Shown here piece by piece: positions 62,160-64,000 of a DNA stretch of 64,000 bases. The translations under genes were made by a program, and so were the position numbers. The first letter of the stretch is position 1. Each line of letters opens with the position of its first letter. The stretch is taken from assembly GCF_008831285.2 (NCBI RefSeq), contig NC_045138.2:29822001-29886000 (forward strand), given 5' to 3'. The notes beneath the pieces were generated by a model. That model was not told the origin of the DNA, did no database searches, and was given only the letters and a program-made list of their open reading frames with translations. This DNA comes from Nymphaea colorata (taxonomy: Eukaryota).

Positions 62160-64000
62160 ATCGCTTGCCCCTTGGCCTGCCTTCCAATCTCTCTGATTTG
62201 ACACCAAGAACCACTTTGAGTTAGACAAATAAAGTCAAGAATAGCATTTTATGGGTTAACTACTCTTAGCTTTATTTTGCAACTCCTCTCAGACAATTTT
62301 CACATTTTCCGTCTAGTGAAGAGCTGTAGATTAAAAAGATCGATTGCAAAGTTTTCACAATGACATCTGCTTCCCACATCAGACCAACCTGATTTTAGGT
62401 GATCAACGGGCTGAATAGATTCCTCAGATACGCTCAACTAATTGAACCTAACTGCAATTCAAGAATTGAGGAACCAGACAAAGGGGAGATGGATACTTCA
62501 TCGATCAGGTCAGGTGGCCCCCTTTCCCCATCATTTCCGGCCACAACCAAATAGTCGGAGAAAGGCTTCCCTTGACTCAAGCCACAAGAAACCACACAAC
62601 CCATGTTCCCCTGCCGCTTCCAGAAAAGAGAATTCGTAGATGGAAACTAATCCCGAGAAAAGCAATTGAACAACGATATTTCGGCTTCCGCTCATGATCA
62701 TGCAGAAAGAACTGCACACATGATTCGAATCATCATTCGTCCTTATGCCACCACGAATTACAGAGAGAATCGGTTATTGCAGTGAAACAAAATTTCCCCG
62801 CACACCACACAGACCCCACTTCACCAAGCAATCGATCACTGATCTTTATAAACGAAATTCACGGAGAATCCCAACCCTAATTTGTCAATTCCGCAGTGAC
62901 AATTCTCGAATTAATCCCTCTCCGGAAAGTGATGAGAGCCAAGATCAATCAAAAGAAAAGAAGAAAGGAAGAAAATAATCAAACCTGAATCTGGAAAGCC
63001 GGAAAAGGTTGCACGTGCGGTCTGGCCGGAGAGACGCGGAACCGGTGCCGTCCTAGTCTTCCCGCGGGCTCTCGGATCATCCACTCTGAAATTTCGTTTC
63101 CTATGTTGACCTTAATTTTCTCGTGGAGTCCCCATTCCTTTTCATAATTCCTAAAGGCAGCTTGGGGGCCGGACCGGATCCTTTGACAATTCTATGAGCC
63201 TCACATTTTTCAACGTAACAAATCAAAAACTCGAAGAGTGACTTAAATAGTGGAATAAATTTAGTTTCCCAAAATTTTGTGAGAAAAAGGTTCAACATTC
63301 ATAAAACACCAACCAATTGGTTTAGTTTTCCAGAAAACAACAAAGTTTGTCCAGTTGGATTCGATGCTTTTACTTAGCAATATGTGAAATAACATCATGA
63401 CCATATATTTATTTCTCAATTTATACTTTTTACACCAAAGTTATTAGGAATATAATTTGGTTTTCTATTGCAATGTACATGAAACACTGAATGAATTAAT
63501 ATCAATTCTTTGAGTATAAAAATTTGGAGTTATAGCGTTATAATGGTATCACAAATTTGGTCAATTAAGTTGGTCTACAGTCTGCAAGTTCAAATGTTGG
63601 ATCTCAATACTCAACTATATGCCCTATGTGTCCTTTACTTAAAGCTGAAGCAATGAAAATGCTGCTATGTTAGGCAAGATAAGTGTCATTTAATAATTTA
63701 TGCTGTTGTCTATAAGGAGATCAGACGGTAGAGATTAAGTTATAAATAGAAAAGTCAAGTTGTTTATTCAAGAATCTTCTTACCGTCTGAGATGTGCCTG
63801 AGATGCTCCCGAAACCCACCGAGGATCATGGTAAGAGCATGGTCCTCCGGACCTCCGACATTGGCATCTTCAATTTGCTGCTCACGAAACCACATTCACA
63901 AGGAGACCTGCTTTCCTTTTATAAAATCCATTTCCTGACCTCCCACTGCTTCTCCAAATCCCACTACCCATGCTAATGGTGACATTATTTAGAAAGATTC

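Overview
This is eukaryotic nuclear DNA from a flowering plant: AT-rich, with spliceosomal introns, microsatellites and MITEs. The species cannot be fixed from the sequence alone. I assembled six multi-exon genes by hand from splice sites, and each joins into an intact reading frame: (1) a plastidic glucose transporter 2/3 (SGB1-like) sugar porter, minus strand, 14 coding exons, ~494 aa; (2) a GH28 polygalacturonase, plus strand, 9 exons, ~576 aa, with an unusual Pro/His-rich repeated C-terminal tail; (3) a single RanBP2-zinc-finger, RGG/RS-rich protein, minus, 372 aa; (4) a tesmin/TSO1-like CXC (TCX5/6-like, DREAM subunit) gene, minus, 539 aa; (5) the peroxisomal beta-oxidation multifunctional protein AIM1, minus, 18 exons, 720 aa, ending in the PTS1 ARM; (6) PEX4/UBC21, minus, 157 aa. 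Non-coding DNA holds hAT-type and Tourist-type MITEs and a three-LTR tandem TRIM retroelement. The most notable observations are: a ~730-bp copy of the transporter's 5' exon/intron junction sitting 12.4 kb away with repair-like junction scars, so that the polygalacturonase gene lies between direct repeats; two consecutive GC-AG introns plus a candidate 3-nt microexon or recursive splice site in the TCX gene; a uORF-rich transporter leader; and apparent conservation of the ZnF-TCX-AIM1 gene order with Arabidopsis. I found no evidence of a wholly new multi-gene system, CRISPR array or RNA gene. All coordinates were read by eye and may be off by a base or two.
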